This document shows, in pieces, positions 49,632 to 59,063 of a stretch of 64,000 bases of DNA. Both the position numbers and the translations under genes were made by a program. Position 1 is the first letter of the stretch. The number at the start of each line of letters is the position of its first letter. The notes beneath the pieces are model-generated. The model did no database searches. It was not told the DNA's origin and was given only the letters and a program-made list of their open reading frames with translations. This stretch comes from an uncultured Ignavibacteria bacterium (GTDB lineage Bacteria > Zixibacteria > MSB-5A5 > CAIYYT01). The stretch spans positions 73,350 to 137,349 of the forward strand of contig CAZTYE010000005.1 of assembly GCA_964617645.1 (NCBI GenBank), written 5' to 3'.

Positions 49632-50243
49632 ATGTTCGTCGTCGGTCTCGCCGGACAAATCGCCTCGGGCAAGTCCACGGTCGCTGAAGTATGGCGAAGC
49701 TCTGGCGCGGTGGTCATTTCGGGCGATGAATTGGGACGTCAGGCGGTCGAATCCGCCCCCCGGGTGAAGCGCCAACTCGTCAGGGCCTTCGGCAAAGCGA
49801 TTCTGAATCGCCGCGGTGCGCTTGATCGCCGCAAGTTGGCGGCGCGCGCCTTTGCCGATGAGGCGGCGACGGCCATCCTCAACCGCATCGTGCACCCGAA
49901 ACTGCTGCAACTCCTGCGCGAACGCATTCGCGCGCAGCGCCGACGTCGGACGCAAGTGTTGATCATCGATGCCGCCTTGCTTCTCGATTGGAATCTGCGC
50001 TGCGAACTGGATTTCATCATCGTCATTGAAAGTCCGATTCCCGATCAATTGCGCCGCCTTCGCGCTAAAGGCCTCAGCGCGACCGAGGCGCGCCTGCGCA
50101 TCCGCCGGCAAATGCCGAAATACCGTCAGCGTCAGGCGGCCGACATCGTGATTCGCAACAATCGCTCCGAATCAGACCTGAAACGCAGAGCCGCTGAATT
50201 GTGGGCGCGCATTATCTCGATGGCCGCCAACAAAAAAAGTTGA
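49632..50243 (+). CDS. coaE: Dephospho-CoA kinase
   Basis: MFVVGLAGQIASGKSTV P-loop; ~200 aa. Confidence 0.85.
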   Translation: MFVVGLAGQIASGKSTVAEVWRSSGAVVISGDELGRQAVESAPRVKRQLVRAFGKAILNRRGALDRRKLAARAFADEAATAILNRIVHPKLLQLLRERIRAQRRRRTQVLIIDAALLLDWNLRCELDFIIVIESPIPDQLRRLRAKGLSATEARLRIRRQMPKYRQRQAADIVIRNNRSESDLKRRAAELWARIISMAANKKS

Positions 50244-50298
50244 TTTCGCCTGCCCGACCGATATCTTCTGCCTCATTCGACTTCGGGTCGGAGGACGT

Positions 50299-51162
50299 TT
50301 GAACCCGTTTAATTACTCGCTCGAACAACTGCAGGCCAAGGCGCTCGATGTCCGGCGCGATATCATCACCATGTTAATCGAGGCCAAGTCGGGGCACACC
50401 GGCGGACCGTTGTCGTGCACCGATTTTGCGACGGCGCTCTTCTTCCGCTATCTCAATCATCGTCCCAAAGAGCCCAAGTGGCCGGATCGCGATTTTGCTT
50501 TCTATTCGATTGGCCACGTCACTCCGGTGAATTATTCCATTCTTGCCGAGTGCGGCTATTTCCCGCTGAAAGATCTAATGAAATTCCGCAAACTGGATGG
50601 CCACCTGCAGGGCCACCCGCACCGGCTCGACACCCCGGGAATCGAAATCTCGTCCGGTTCGCTGGGACACGGTCTCGGAATCGCCTGCGGCGTTGCCAAG
50701 GGCTCCAAGATTGACAATCACCCGCGCCGCGTTTACTGCATTATGGGTGACGGCGAATTGCAGGAAGGCTCCTGCTGGGAGAGCGCGATGTTTGCCGGAC
50801 ATTATCGACTCGACAATCTTGGCGTGATCGTTGACTACAACAACGCCCAGATCGATGGCCGCGTCGTCGACATCATGGACATTGCGCCGCTCGCCGACAA
50901 ATGGCGCGCCTTCAACTGGAACGTGATCGAAATCAACGGCCACGACTGGACGCAGATACTCGCGGCTTACGACACCATGCTCGCCACCAAAGGCAAACCG
51001 ACGGTCATCATCGCGCACACGCGGATGGGGCAGGGCGTGTCGTTCATGAGCGGAAAATACCAGTGGCACGGCAAACCGCCAAAGCCCGACGAAGGTGAAG
51101 CGGCGCTCAAAGAGTTGGGCACAAACTACGCCGACTGGTCGGCGCGGCTCTTGGCGAATTAA
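50299..51162 (+). CDS. Transketolase, N-terminal (thiamine-diphosphate-binding) subunit
   Basis: GHTGGPLS, GDGELQEGS, and the typical split-Tkt N-subunit size. Confidence 0.85.
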   Translation: MNPFNYSLEQLQAKALDVRRDIITMLIEAKSGHTGGPLSCTDFATALFFRYLNHRPKEPKWPDRDFAFYSIGHVTPVNYSILAECGYFPLKDLMKFRKLDGHLQGHPHRLDTPGIEISSGSLGHGLGIACGVAKGSKIDNHPRRVYCIMGDGELQEGSCWESAMFAGHYRLDNLGVIVDYNNAQIDGRVVDIMDIAPLADKWRAFNWNVIEINGHDWTQILAAYDTMLATKGKPTVIIAHTRMGQGVSFMSGKYQWHGKPPKPDEGEAALKELGTNYADWSARLLAN

Positions 51163-51166
51163 AGAA

Positions 51167-52123
51167 ATGCTGAAGGCGATGACAGAAATCAAACTCGAAA
51201 AGACGCGCTCCGGCTGGGGGCACGGCTTGGTCGATCTGGGCACGCGCAATTCGCAGGTCGTTGTTCTGACTGCCGACCTTGCGGAATCGACGCACTCGCA
51301 TTGGTTTCAGGAGAAATTTCCCGAACGCTTCATTCAGGTCGGTGTCGCCGAACAAGATCTCGCCGCCGTCGCTACCGGATTGTCGCTTCTGGGCAAGATT
51401 CCGTTCTTTGCGACCTACGGTGCCTTTGCTTCCTATCGCTGTCTTGATCAGGTGCGCATCTCGATTTGCTACTCGCAGGCCAATGTCAAGATCGGCGGCG
51501 CTCACGGCGGCATCTCCGTCGGTCCCGACGGCGCCACGCATCAGGCCCTCGAAGAACTGGCGATCATGCGTTCGCTCCCCAATATGCGGGTGATCGTTCC
51601 GTGCGACTATTGGGAAGCCCGCAAAGCCACTGTCGCCGCCGGCGAGGCTGAGGGTCCCTTCTACATCCGCTTCGGTCGCGAGCCGGTGCCCATGATCACC
51701 GAAGAAGCGACGCCGTTCACGGTCGGCAAAGCGCTCACTCTCCGTGAAGGAAGTGATCTCGCGATCATCGCTTGCGGCACAATGGTCTACGAAGCCTTGG
51801 TCGCTGCTGAGCAGCTCGCCTCTGAAGGCATCAACGCTCGCGTGATCAACATGCACACCATCAAGCCGCTCGACCGGCAGGCAATCGTCCACGCTGCCGC
51901 AGGCTGTGGCGCGATTGTCACTGCCGAAGAGCATCAGGTGCATGGCGGTTTGGGCGGCGCTGTTGCCGAAGTCGTCGTTAGGGAACATCCCGTCCCGATG
52001 GAGTTCGTGGGGGTGATGGACACGTTCGGGCAATCGGGCAGGATGGATGAGTTGATGAAGGCCTACGGAATCAAAGCTCCCGATATCGTAAAGGCCGCAC
52101 ATGCAGCTCTTCGCCGCAAATAG
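51167..52123 (+). CDS. Transketolase, C-terminal (pyrimidine-binding/TKC) subunit
   Basis: ATG at 51167 lies just after the N-subunit stop. Typical C-subunit motifs VGVAEQDLAAVATGL..., GPDGATHQALEE. Confidence 0.85.
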   Translation: MLKAMTEIKLEKTRSGWGHGLVDLGTRNSQVVVLTADLAESTHSHWFQEKFPERFIQVGVAEQDLAAVATGLSLLGKIPFFATYGAFASYRCLDQVRISICYSQANVKIGGAHGGISVGPDGATHQALEELAIMRSLPNMRVIVPCDYWEARKATVAAGEAEGPFYIRFGREPVPMITEEATPFTVGKALTLREGSDLAIIACGTMVYEALVAAEQLASEGINARVINMHTIKPLDRQAIVHAAAGCGAIVTAEEHQVHGGLGGAVAEVVVREHPVPMEFVGVMDTFGQSGRMDELMKAYGIKAPDIVKAAHAALRRK

Positions 52124-52404
52124 CTACGAGTTGAAGGTTTACTTTTGATCGTTACTGTAATGCCAAGAGACTCATTAGATTGTCAGTAATGTGGCAATCC
52201 GAGCGCCATTATTACCCTGTTTCTGCCCGTGAATTCTGCCGCCAAGCCGTGACCGCACGTTCTCGCAGCCTTTTGTTCGTCTCGCTTGACTCAACAACTT
52301 CGTGAGCGGTCGTCGCCCAACCGCAATTTTATCATCGGCTTACGCAACTTTATCCGACCACTCTCGTAAACGTCGGCAGGAGTATTTTCTTTCACGGAGG
52401 TGCG

Positions 52405-53640
52405 ATGTATCGCCTGACATGGTGTGCTTTCGCGGGCCTGCTTGTGTTCATTGGAATCACCGGCGCCCGCGCTGAATCGGGACGAATCTATGGTCGGATA
52501 ACTACAGTCGATAATGAAGTCTTTGAAGGTTGGATTCGCTGGGACAAGAACGAGGCTTACTGGGACGATATTCTCGACGGCATCGTCGAAAAAGAACGCC
52601 GCGACAAGCCCGGACGGACCGGGAGACGTTACAAGGAATCCCGCCGAAATTACACCTTCGATTTGTTTGGCCTCAAGGTCGGAGAAGGCAGCAGCTATTT
52701 TGGCGCATCCTCTGAATCGCAACTGCAATTCGGGCACATCAAGACCCTCACCCCGGACGGCGACGGCGCAGTCATTCTTCTGAAATCCGGTCAGGAAGTC
52801 GTCATGGAATCCGGTTCCGATATCGGTCCCGGACTGCGCGAAATTCTCATTTCCGACCCCAAGGAAGGCGAGATCTTCTTTGATTGGGACGACATCGATA
52901 ATGTCGAGTTTTTGGAGGAACGTTCCGAGCCGACAGACGGCTTCGAGCGGCTTTACGGCCGCGTCAGCACGCGCCGGGCCGGCGAATTCACCGGCTGGGT
53001 TGAGTGGGATGTCGACGAAGTGTTTAACAAGGATGATCTTGACGGCGACGAGGACGGCGGCCGCAACCGAAAGTTCAAGTTCGAGCGCATCACTTCAATC
53101 GAACGCAACTCTTCATCCTCGGCGCGCATCCTTCTCCGCGACGGCAAAGAAATTGTCCTGCGCAACTCCAACGACGTCAACTCGGAAAATCGCGGCATTG
53201 TCGTCAAGTCGGCGGAACTCGGCCGCGTTCGCGTCGATTGGGCGGATTTCGAGAAGGTCGATTTTCTGCCGGCGCCAAAGAGCGAGTTGCCGCGCTATCG
53301 CAGTTTTGACGGCGGTTACAAAGTGCAGGGCACTGTTACCACCGAAGACGGCGAAGAATTCTCCGGCGAAATCGCCTGGGACAACGACGAAGAATACTCG
53401 TGGGAGCACATCAACGGCGAATACAAAGGTGTTGAGATGACGATTCCGTTTTCCGCTGTCGCCAGTATCGAGAAAAACTCCCAGCGCAGCTCAGCGGTCA
53501 CGCTCAAGAACGGAAACACCTACTTGTTGTCGGACTCCAACGATGTTGACGAAACCAACAAGGGCGTTTTTGTAATCCGCGACAAGAAGACCGCCGAGGC
53601 CATCGACTGGTATGATTTCGCCAAGCTCGTCATGAAGTAG
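52405..53640 (+). CDS. Secreted hypothetical protein built from ~6 internal repeats of a ~65-aa module
   Basis: Signal peptide present. Recurring G-x-(V/I)-x-T-x-x-x-x-(V/E)F-x-G-x-I-x-WD-x-(N/D)E module (EVFEGWIRWDKNEAY, GEFTGWVEWDVDEVF, EEFSGEIAWDNDEEY, ...). Confidence 0.55.
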   Translation: MYRLTWCAFAGLLVFIGITGARAESGRIYGRITTVDNEVFEGWIRWDKNEAYWDDILDGIVEKERRDKPGRTGRRYKESRRNYTFDLFGLKVGEGSSYFGASSESQLQFGHIKTLTPDGDGAVILLKSGQEVVMESGSDIGPGLREILISDPKEGEIFFDWDDIDNVEFLEERSEPTDGFERLYGRVSTRRAGEFTGWVEWDVDEVFNKDDLDGDEDGGRNRKFKFERITSIERNSSSSARILLRDGKEIVLRNSNDVNSENRGIVVKSAELGRVRVDWADFEKVDFLPAPKSELPRYRSFDGGYKVQGTVTTEDGEEFSGEIAWDNDEEYSWEHINGEYKGVEMTIPFSAVASIEKNSQRSSAVTLKNGNTYLLSDSNDVDETNKGVFVIRDKKTAEAIDWYDFAKLVMK

Positions 53641-53668
53641 ATTTTCCCCTCTTTTGTTTTCACCGTCA

Positions 53669-53703
53669 GCCCCGTTCGGCGCAAACCGAACGGGGCATTT
53701 ATT
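53669..53703 (+). terminator. Intrinsic terminator
   Basis: GCCCCGTTCGG-CGCAAA-CCGAACGGGGC hairpin followed by ATTTATT. Confidence 0.7.
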
Positions 53704-53729
53704 GACCGGACCAACCAGGAGGTTCTTCG

Positions 53730-54038
53730 ATGCGATTCACAGTTATTACAATCATCGCCGTCGCGATCGGACTGTTCATTGCTTTCGTGGATTCGCGACC
53801 CGGGTGGGACGACACGTTTGTGACTGTGCTTACCGTGTTCGCCGCCGCATTCACGCTCGCCGCCATTGCCGGACGACGTCCGTGGTTGATCGCACTCGCG
53901 GTAGGCCTCTGGACTCCACTCTGGGAAGTACCTATGTCAGGGAACACTGGCGCCCTTGCGGCTCTGGTCATCGCCTCGGTTGCCGCGTTTCTGGGATGGG
54001 GCGCGCGAAAACTCCTGCGCCTCGCGACCGCGATTTAG
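53730..54038 (+). CDS. Small membrane protein (hypothetical)
   Basis: 102 aa with three hydrophobic helices. Confidence 0.4.
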   Translation: MRFTVITIIAVAIGLFIAFVDSRPGWDDTFVTVLTVFAAAFTLAAIAGRRPWLIALAVGLWTPLWEVPMSGNTGALAALVIASVAAFLGWGARKLLRLATAI

Positions 54039-54125
54039 GAAGTGTTCGATTCCTGCCGCGCCGCAGGCGGGAGATAGCTCAATTTCCTTACGCTTGCTGC
54101 CGGAACCGCGTCCGAGGGAGACTCC

Positions 54126-54773
54126 TCAAAGCCGCGCCGCGATGGCGACCATGATCTCAAACGGAGAAATCGGTTGATTGAGTATTCCGCAATCGTCGGT
54201 TGCATAGAACCACTCGCCTGTCGCGAACCGCTGCCGGATGATGCAATCAAGTTCCAACGGCTGAAACCGCTTCGGCGCAATCTCGAAGTCGGCGATGAAC
54301 GATGCGGCCGGGCTATTGAACGGGCGGTCGTTCTCGCTCCGCCCGCTATTTCGTCCGACAATCGACCCTGATAGTCTGACGACACCAAGCCCAAGCCCCA
54401 ACCGGAGTCGAAGCGGCTCACTTCCGATTACCGGCACAAGCAGCGCAAGTTCTCCACCACCGAGTTGTCCGCGTTCTATCCAGAGATCGCGAACGGTGTC
54501 CGGAAACGGGTCACAAAATCCGTCGAAAATCCGTGCTTCGAAGATGCGGTTTTCCTCGGTAAGCCGATTATAAGTGAATCGCAGGCATACACCCTTGCCG
54601 AGCGATTGCTCAACGAATACGCCCCATCCCAGAGCGCTGGGCACGAGTCTGTGATCGGTGAATCCCTTACCGCCGATGATCCCGATCCGCTGGTCAGCGA
54701 ACCCCTGCGACCAACCAACTGCGAGAATCAGGACGAAGGCAGAGATGATCGTGCGCCAGACCTTTGTGCGCAT
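54126..54773 (-). CDS. Secreted hypothetical protein, possibly an outer-membrane beta-barrel
   Basis: Signal peptide MRTKVWRTIISAFVLILAVGWSQGFA. Alternating hydrophobic pattern and a C-terminal aromatic residue. Confidence 0.45.
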   Translation of the reverse strand: MRTKVWRTIISAFVLILAVGWSQGFADQRIGIIGGKGFTDHRLVPSALGWGVFVEQSLGKGVCLRFTYNRLTEENRIFEARIFDGFCDPFPDTVRDLWIERGQLGGGELALLVPVIGSEPLRLRLGLGLGVVRLSGSIVGRNSGRSENDRPFNSPAASFIADFEIAPKRFQPLELDCIIRQRFATGEWFYATDDCGILNQPISPFEIMVAIAARL

Positions 54774-54983
54774 TGTGTCCTCCCGAGTAATCTGCTAATA
54801 TGACGCTAAAAGTCCCTGATCATCAAATTTCTTCGCCACAAATGCGATCACAAGCGCAATTAGTCTTGACAACGAAATCCAATTGCGCTCTCTTACATCG
54901 TTCTACTGATCAGCGCGGATGCGCTTCATCGAGTCGGTCAAACGATGTTGTGTAACATCACACTCTAATCGGAGGTTCTCAAC

Positions 54984-55589
54984 ATGAGAATGCTTCTGCT
55001 CTTGGCGTCAATATTTGGTCTGCTCGCGCGCGGTAATGCTCACGGAGAGTATTCGAGCTCGACCTTCTCCGCCGATCACTTTCGCCAGAAATGGTCGCTT
55101 CAAGTCAGCCCTCTGGCAACGGCCCGATTGGAGATTCTTGCGTCCGCAGACAGTCAGCAATTTGTCTTGCCGTCACCCGGCGCCGCCGAATCACGCTCGA
55201 TTCTCTACACGTTGCTGCCGCTGCCGACGCTGATTCTCAGCGTGCCGGCGTTGATCGTCGGCCCTGCAACCGGCTTTTTCTACGGCGGCCTCAAAGGACG
55301 CGCTTGGAAGGGAATCGGCATCCGCACGCTCGGACTCGGCGGCATGTTCTCGGCCTTCGGTATCTGCGGCTGGGATTGCGGCCCCGGCGATAGCTCTTAC
55401 GACATCGCCTGGGCGGTGTTTATCGCCGGCGGGGGAATCGTCGTTGTCTCCGCGATCTACGATATGGCGACCGTCCGCGCCGCCGTCGCCAAACGCAACG
55501 CATCGCTGACAGCTCCCAAGGCGGAGATCGTCCCCGTCTATCTCGTGCATTCGCACGCTGCTGGCGCGAAGCTCGTGCTCCGCTTCTGA
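54984..55589 (+). CDS. Hypothetical membrane/secreted protein
   Basis: Signal peptide plus two internal hydrophobic helices. Confidence 0.4.
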   Translation: MRMLLLLASIFGLLARGNAHGEYSSSTFSADHFRQKWSLQVSPLATARLEILASADSQQFVLPSPGAAESRSILYTLLPLPTLILSVPALIVGPATGFFYGGLKGRAWKGIGIRTLGLGGMFSAFGICGWDCGPGDSSYDIAWAVFIAGGGIVVVSAIYDMATVRAAVAKRNASLTAPKAEIVPVYLVHSHAAGAKLVLRF

Positions 55590-55891
55590 CGCTGGAACAT
55601 AGCTGGTCGTCATCCAATGTCTTCGTGAAATATTTCACATTTTCCCCTTGCGCCGGCACATTAAACATGATAAGTTTAACCGTCGTTTCGAGGCTGGCTT
55701 CATGCGAGATTTGCCCGTCCCGGAAACGGCGTTTTGCTTTGGTGACACTACACGCGGTGCGCCGGAGATTCCCCTCTTGAGAGGGGTGCTGTCCCGTAGC
55801 TATGCTGCGGGACAGCGGGGTGTGTCTGCTCTTGCAAGATGCTCCCCCTTGATGAACGAATGATTTCAACTTTAGCTCAGGCAGGTAACCG

Positions 55892-57109
55892 ATGAGTATC
55901 AGCACTCTCGCGCGGGCGATTGCCGAATCCCCGACATTGAAACTCAACGAGGAAGCGCAAGACCTGCGCGACCGCGGCGAGGCCGTCATTCATCTCGGCG
56001 CCGGCGAACCGAAAAGCAAAGTCCCGTTCGAGGCTTTGCTCAACTGCGCCGCGCAGATTTCCACCGCCGAGGTGCGCTACACGCCGACCGAAGGCATCTC
56101 GCCGCTGCGCAAAGCGATCATCCGCTACACCGAAGAAAACTACGGCAAGGTGATCGGCAAAGACAACGTGATGGTCTCCGGCGGCGCCAAACAAGCGCTT
56201 TCGGTGCTGCTTACGACTTTGATCAATCCTCAGGATGAAGTGATCATTCTCGCGCCGTACTGGGTCAGCTACCCGGAAATGGTCAAGATGGTCTACGGCA
56301 AGCCGGTGATCGTCACCCCCGGTGACGGCCGTTTCGAGCCGTCGATCAAAGATGTCACGGACATGGTGAGTTCCTACACCAAGGCGATCATCGTCAACAG
56401 CCCGAACAATCCGTCCGGTGTCGTCTACTCCGAGCAGTTCATCGCCGAGATCGTGCAGTTCTGCGAGAAGAAGGGCATTTATCTGATCATGGACGACATC
56501 TACCACAAGCTCGTCTTCTCGGGCAAGTCGTGGACGTCATGTTACAAGTACGCCAAAGAGCAAGGCGACAACTCGCGCATCATTGTGATCAACGGCGTCT
56601 CGAAGCTCTACGCCATGACCGGTTACCGCATCGGCTGGACAATCGCCAACTCGCAGATCATTGAAACGATGGTCAACGTGCAGGCGCAGACGACGAGTTG
56701 CCCGGCGCTGCTGTCGCAAGTGGCCGCTGTCGGCGCGCTCACCGGTGTGCAATCGGGCGTGAACTCGCTGCGTCTGATGCTTGAAAACAATCGAAAGGTG
56801 ATGGTGCAGGAACTGAACGCCTTCGAGGGCGTCAAACTGATTCCGCCGGATGGCACTTTCTACGCGCTGCCCGACTTCCGCGCTTATAGCAGCGATTCGG
56901 TCGGCCTCTCCAAACTGCTGCTCAAACGCGCGATGGTCGTCGCCGTGCCGGGCAAGGAATTCGGCATGGAAGGCCACCTGCGCCTCAGTTTCTGCGGCAC
57001 GATCAAAGAAATCATGGAAGGCATCGCGCGGATCAAATGGGCGCTCGATCCGAAGTCACCCAACGAAATCTACATTGGCGACCGCAAGCTGGTGAGGGAC
57101 TGGAAATGA
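55892..57109 (+). CDS. Class I/II pyridoxal-phosphate aminotransferase (aspartate/aromatic type)
   Basis: PLP-lysine motif NGVSKLYAMTGYRIGW; 405 aa. Confidence 0.85.
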   Translation: MSISTLARAIAESPTLKLNEEAQDLRDRGEAVIHLGAGEPKSKVPFEALLNCAAQISTAEVRYTPTEGISPLRKAIIRYTEENYGKVIGKDNVMVSGGAKQALSVLLTTLINPQDEVIILAPYWVSYPEMVKMVYGKPVIVTPGDGRFEPSIKDVTDMVSSYTKAIIVNSPNNPSGVVYSEQFIAEIVQFCEKKGIYLIMDDIYHKLVFSGKSWTSCYKYAKEQGDNSRIIVINGVSKLYAMTGYRIGWTIANSQIIETMVNVQAQTTSCPALLSQVAAVGALTGVQSGVNSLRLMLENNRKVMVQELNAFEGVKLIPPDGTFYALPDFRAYSSDSVGLSKLLLKRAMVVAVPGKEFGMEGHLRLSFCGTIKEIMEGIARIKWALDPKSPNEIYIGDRKLVRDWK

Positions 57110-58749
57110 ACAGCAACTATCTCAATATCAAATCGCCGGCCGCTGACATCGCCCGCGAACGCGCCAGCGACTTCGGTCTGAAAAATCACGGCCTGGCGAA
57201 TCTGCACATGGTCTACTGGAATCTCGCCGAGCCGGCTCTTTACGAAGAAGCCATGTTCCGCCGCGAGGGCAGTATCTCGCATATGGGGCCGCTGGTCGTG
57301 AATACCGGCAAACACACGGCGCGCGCCGCCAATGACAAATTTGTCGTTCGCGAAGCCACCACCGAAGAACGAATTTGGTGGGGACAGTACAATCGCCCCT
57401 TCAATCCCGACAAATTCTCGAGCGTCTACGAACGCCTGCAGGCGTTCTTGCAAGACCGCGATGTCTTCGTGCAGGATTGCTACGTCGGGGCCGATCCCAA
57501 TTATCGCCTGCCGATTCGCGTCATCACCGAGTACGCATGGCACTCGCTGTTTGCGCGCAACATGTTCATCAAGATCGACGCGCTCGACGAACTCAAGCGC
57601 CACGTGCCGGAATTCACGATTATTTCCGTGCCGTCATTTCAGGGCGTTCCGTCCATCGATGGCACGCTCACGCCGACCTTCATCCTGCTCAATTTCGAGC
57701 AGCGCCTCGTAATCATCGGCGGCACCGGCTACGGCGGGGAAATCAAGAAGTCGGCATTTACGATTCTCAATTATCTCCTGCCGCTGCAAAACGTCATGAC
57801 CATGCACTGCTCGGCCAACGTCGGCAAGGCCGGCGATGTCGCGCTTTTCTTCGGTCTCTCCGGCACCGGTAAAACCACGCTCTCGGCCGATCCGCGCCGT
57901 CATCTGATCGGCGACGACGAACACGGCTGGAGCGATGAAGGCGTTTTCAACTTCGAGGGCGGCTGCTATGCGAAAGTGATCAGCCTCTCGCCAACCGCCG
58001 AGCCGGAGATTTTCGCCTGCACGCGCAAGTTCGGCACGATTCTCGAGAACGTCGTTTTCGATCCGATCACTCGCCATCTCGATCTCGACGACGACGAGCG
58101 CACCGAAAACACGCGCGCGTCGTATCCGCTCGACTTCATCGAAAATGCGCTGCCGGAGAAACGCGCCGGACATCCGAAGAACATCATCATGCTCACCTGC
58201 GATGCCAGTGGCGTCTTGCCACCGATCGCGCGGCTCACGCCCGATCAAGCGCTCTATCATTTTATTTCCGGCTACACTGCCAAAGTCTCCGGCACCGAGA
58301 TCGATCTCGGCAAAGAACCGGAGATCACCTTCTCGGCTTGTTTCGGCGCGCCGTTTATGGTGCATCATCCGTACTTCTACGCCGACCTGCTCAAGCGGAA
58401 AATCATCCGCCACGGCGTCAAATGCTGGCTGGTCAACACCGGCTGGACGGGCGGGCCGTATGGCGTCGGCAAGCGCATCAGTATCCGTTACACTCGCGCA
58501 ATGCTCGAGGCCGCCCTTACCGGCGCGCTCGATAGTGTGAAGTATCGCACCGACTCGGTGTTTGGTTTTGAAGTGCCGCTCACTTGTCCGAACGTGCCCG
58601 ATGAAGCTCTCTATCCGGAGAGCAGTTGGCCCGACAAAGCGGCGTACTCGAATCGTTACAAGCAACTCGCGTCGCTCTATGTCGAGAACTTCAAGAAGTT
58701 CACTGACGGCTGCCCCGCCGAGATCGTCGCCGCCGGCCCGCGACACTAA
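57106..58749 (+). CDS. pckA: Phosphoenolpyruvate carboxykinase (ATP)
   Basis: ATG at 57106 overlaps the upstream stop (ATGA). Kinase-1a FFGLSGTGKTTLS; the FILLNFEQRLVIIGGTGYGGEIKK region. Confidence 0.9.
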   Translation: MNSNYLNIKSPAADIARERASDFGLKNHGLANLHMVYWNLAEPALYEEAMFRREGSISHMGPLVVNTGKHTARAANDKFVVREATTEERIWWGQYNRPFNPDKFSSVYERLQAFLQDRDVFVQDCYVGADPNYRLPIRVITEYAWHSLFARNMFIKIDALDELKRHVPEFTIISVPSFQGVPSIDGTLTPTFILLNFEQRLVIIGGTGYGGEIKKSAFTILNYLLPLQNVMTMHCSANVGKAGDVALFFGLSGTGKTTLSADPRRHLIGDDEHGWSDEGVFNFEGGCYAKVISLSPTAEPEIFACTRKFGTILENVVFDPITRHLDLDDDERTENTRASYPLDFIENALPEKRAGHPKNIIMLTCDASGVLPPIARLTPDQALYHFISGYTAKVSGTEIDLGKEPEITFSACFGAPFMVHHPYFYADLLKRKIIRHGVKCWLVNTGWTGGPYGVGKRISIRYTRAMLEAALTGALDSVKYRTDSVFGFEVPLTCPNVPDEALYPESSWPDKAAYSNRYKQLASLYVENFKKFTDGCPAEIVAAGPRH

Positions 58750-58766
58750 GTTTGCTTTGGTCGCTT

Positions 58767-58790
58767 CGGTGCCCCACAGCTTGCTGTGGG
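58767..58790. repeat. Family A hairpin repeat, directly after pckA
   Basis: GCTTCGGTGCCCCACAGCTTGCTGTGGG. Confidence 0.7.
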
Positions 58791-59063
58791 TTCGTCGATA
58801 TGTCCTGTGCGCGGCTGACGCCCACGTCGGCCACGTGAGATTAGGGAGCGCATTGTGGTGACGTGTACGAAGCGTGCGGAGGCTATTGTCATTTTGGCGA
58901 AAGCCGACAGGCGATTTGACGATAATGTCGGGTGCCAAGCGGCACTGAGAGCTTAACTCGGGCGATTGAGTTCAACGTAATATCATTGACAAAATTCTAC
59001 ATCAATCTCAAAGTAATGATCAAAAATACCATCACATGAGTGAAGAGAGTTTGGAGCAAAAAA

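Noticed and set aside
48525-50111. 528-aa minus-strand ORF spanning the TPR gene and coaE
   Set aside because: Antisense to two + strand genes with clear motifs, including the CoaE P-loop. Open frames like this are common on the opposite strand of GC-rich genes.
57634-58938. 434-aa minus-strand ORF antisense to pckA
   Set aside because: pckA on the + strand has the kinase-1a and PEPCK signature motifs. The antisense translation is featureless.
58986-59020. TTGACA hexamer upstream of the low-GC gene as a promoter
   Set aside because: No acceptable -10 hexamer lies at 16–18 nt spacing. It is plausible but unsupported, so I did not call it.
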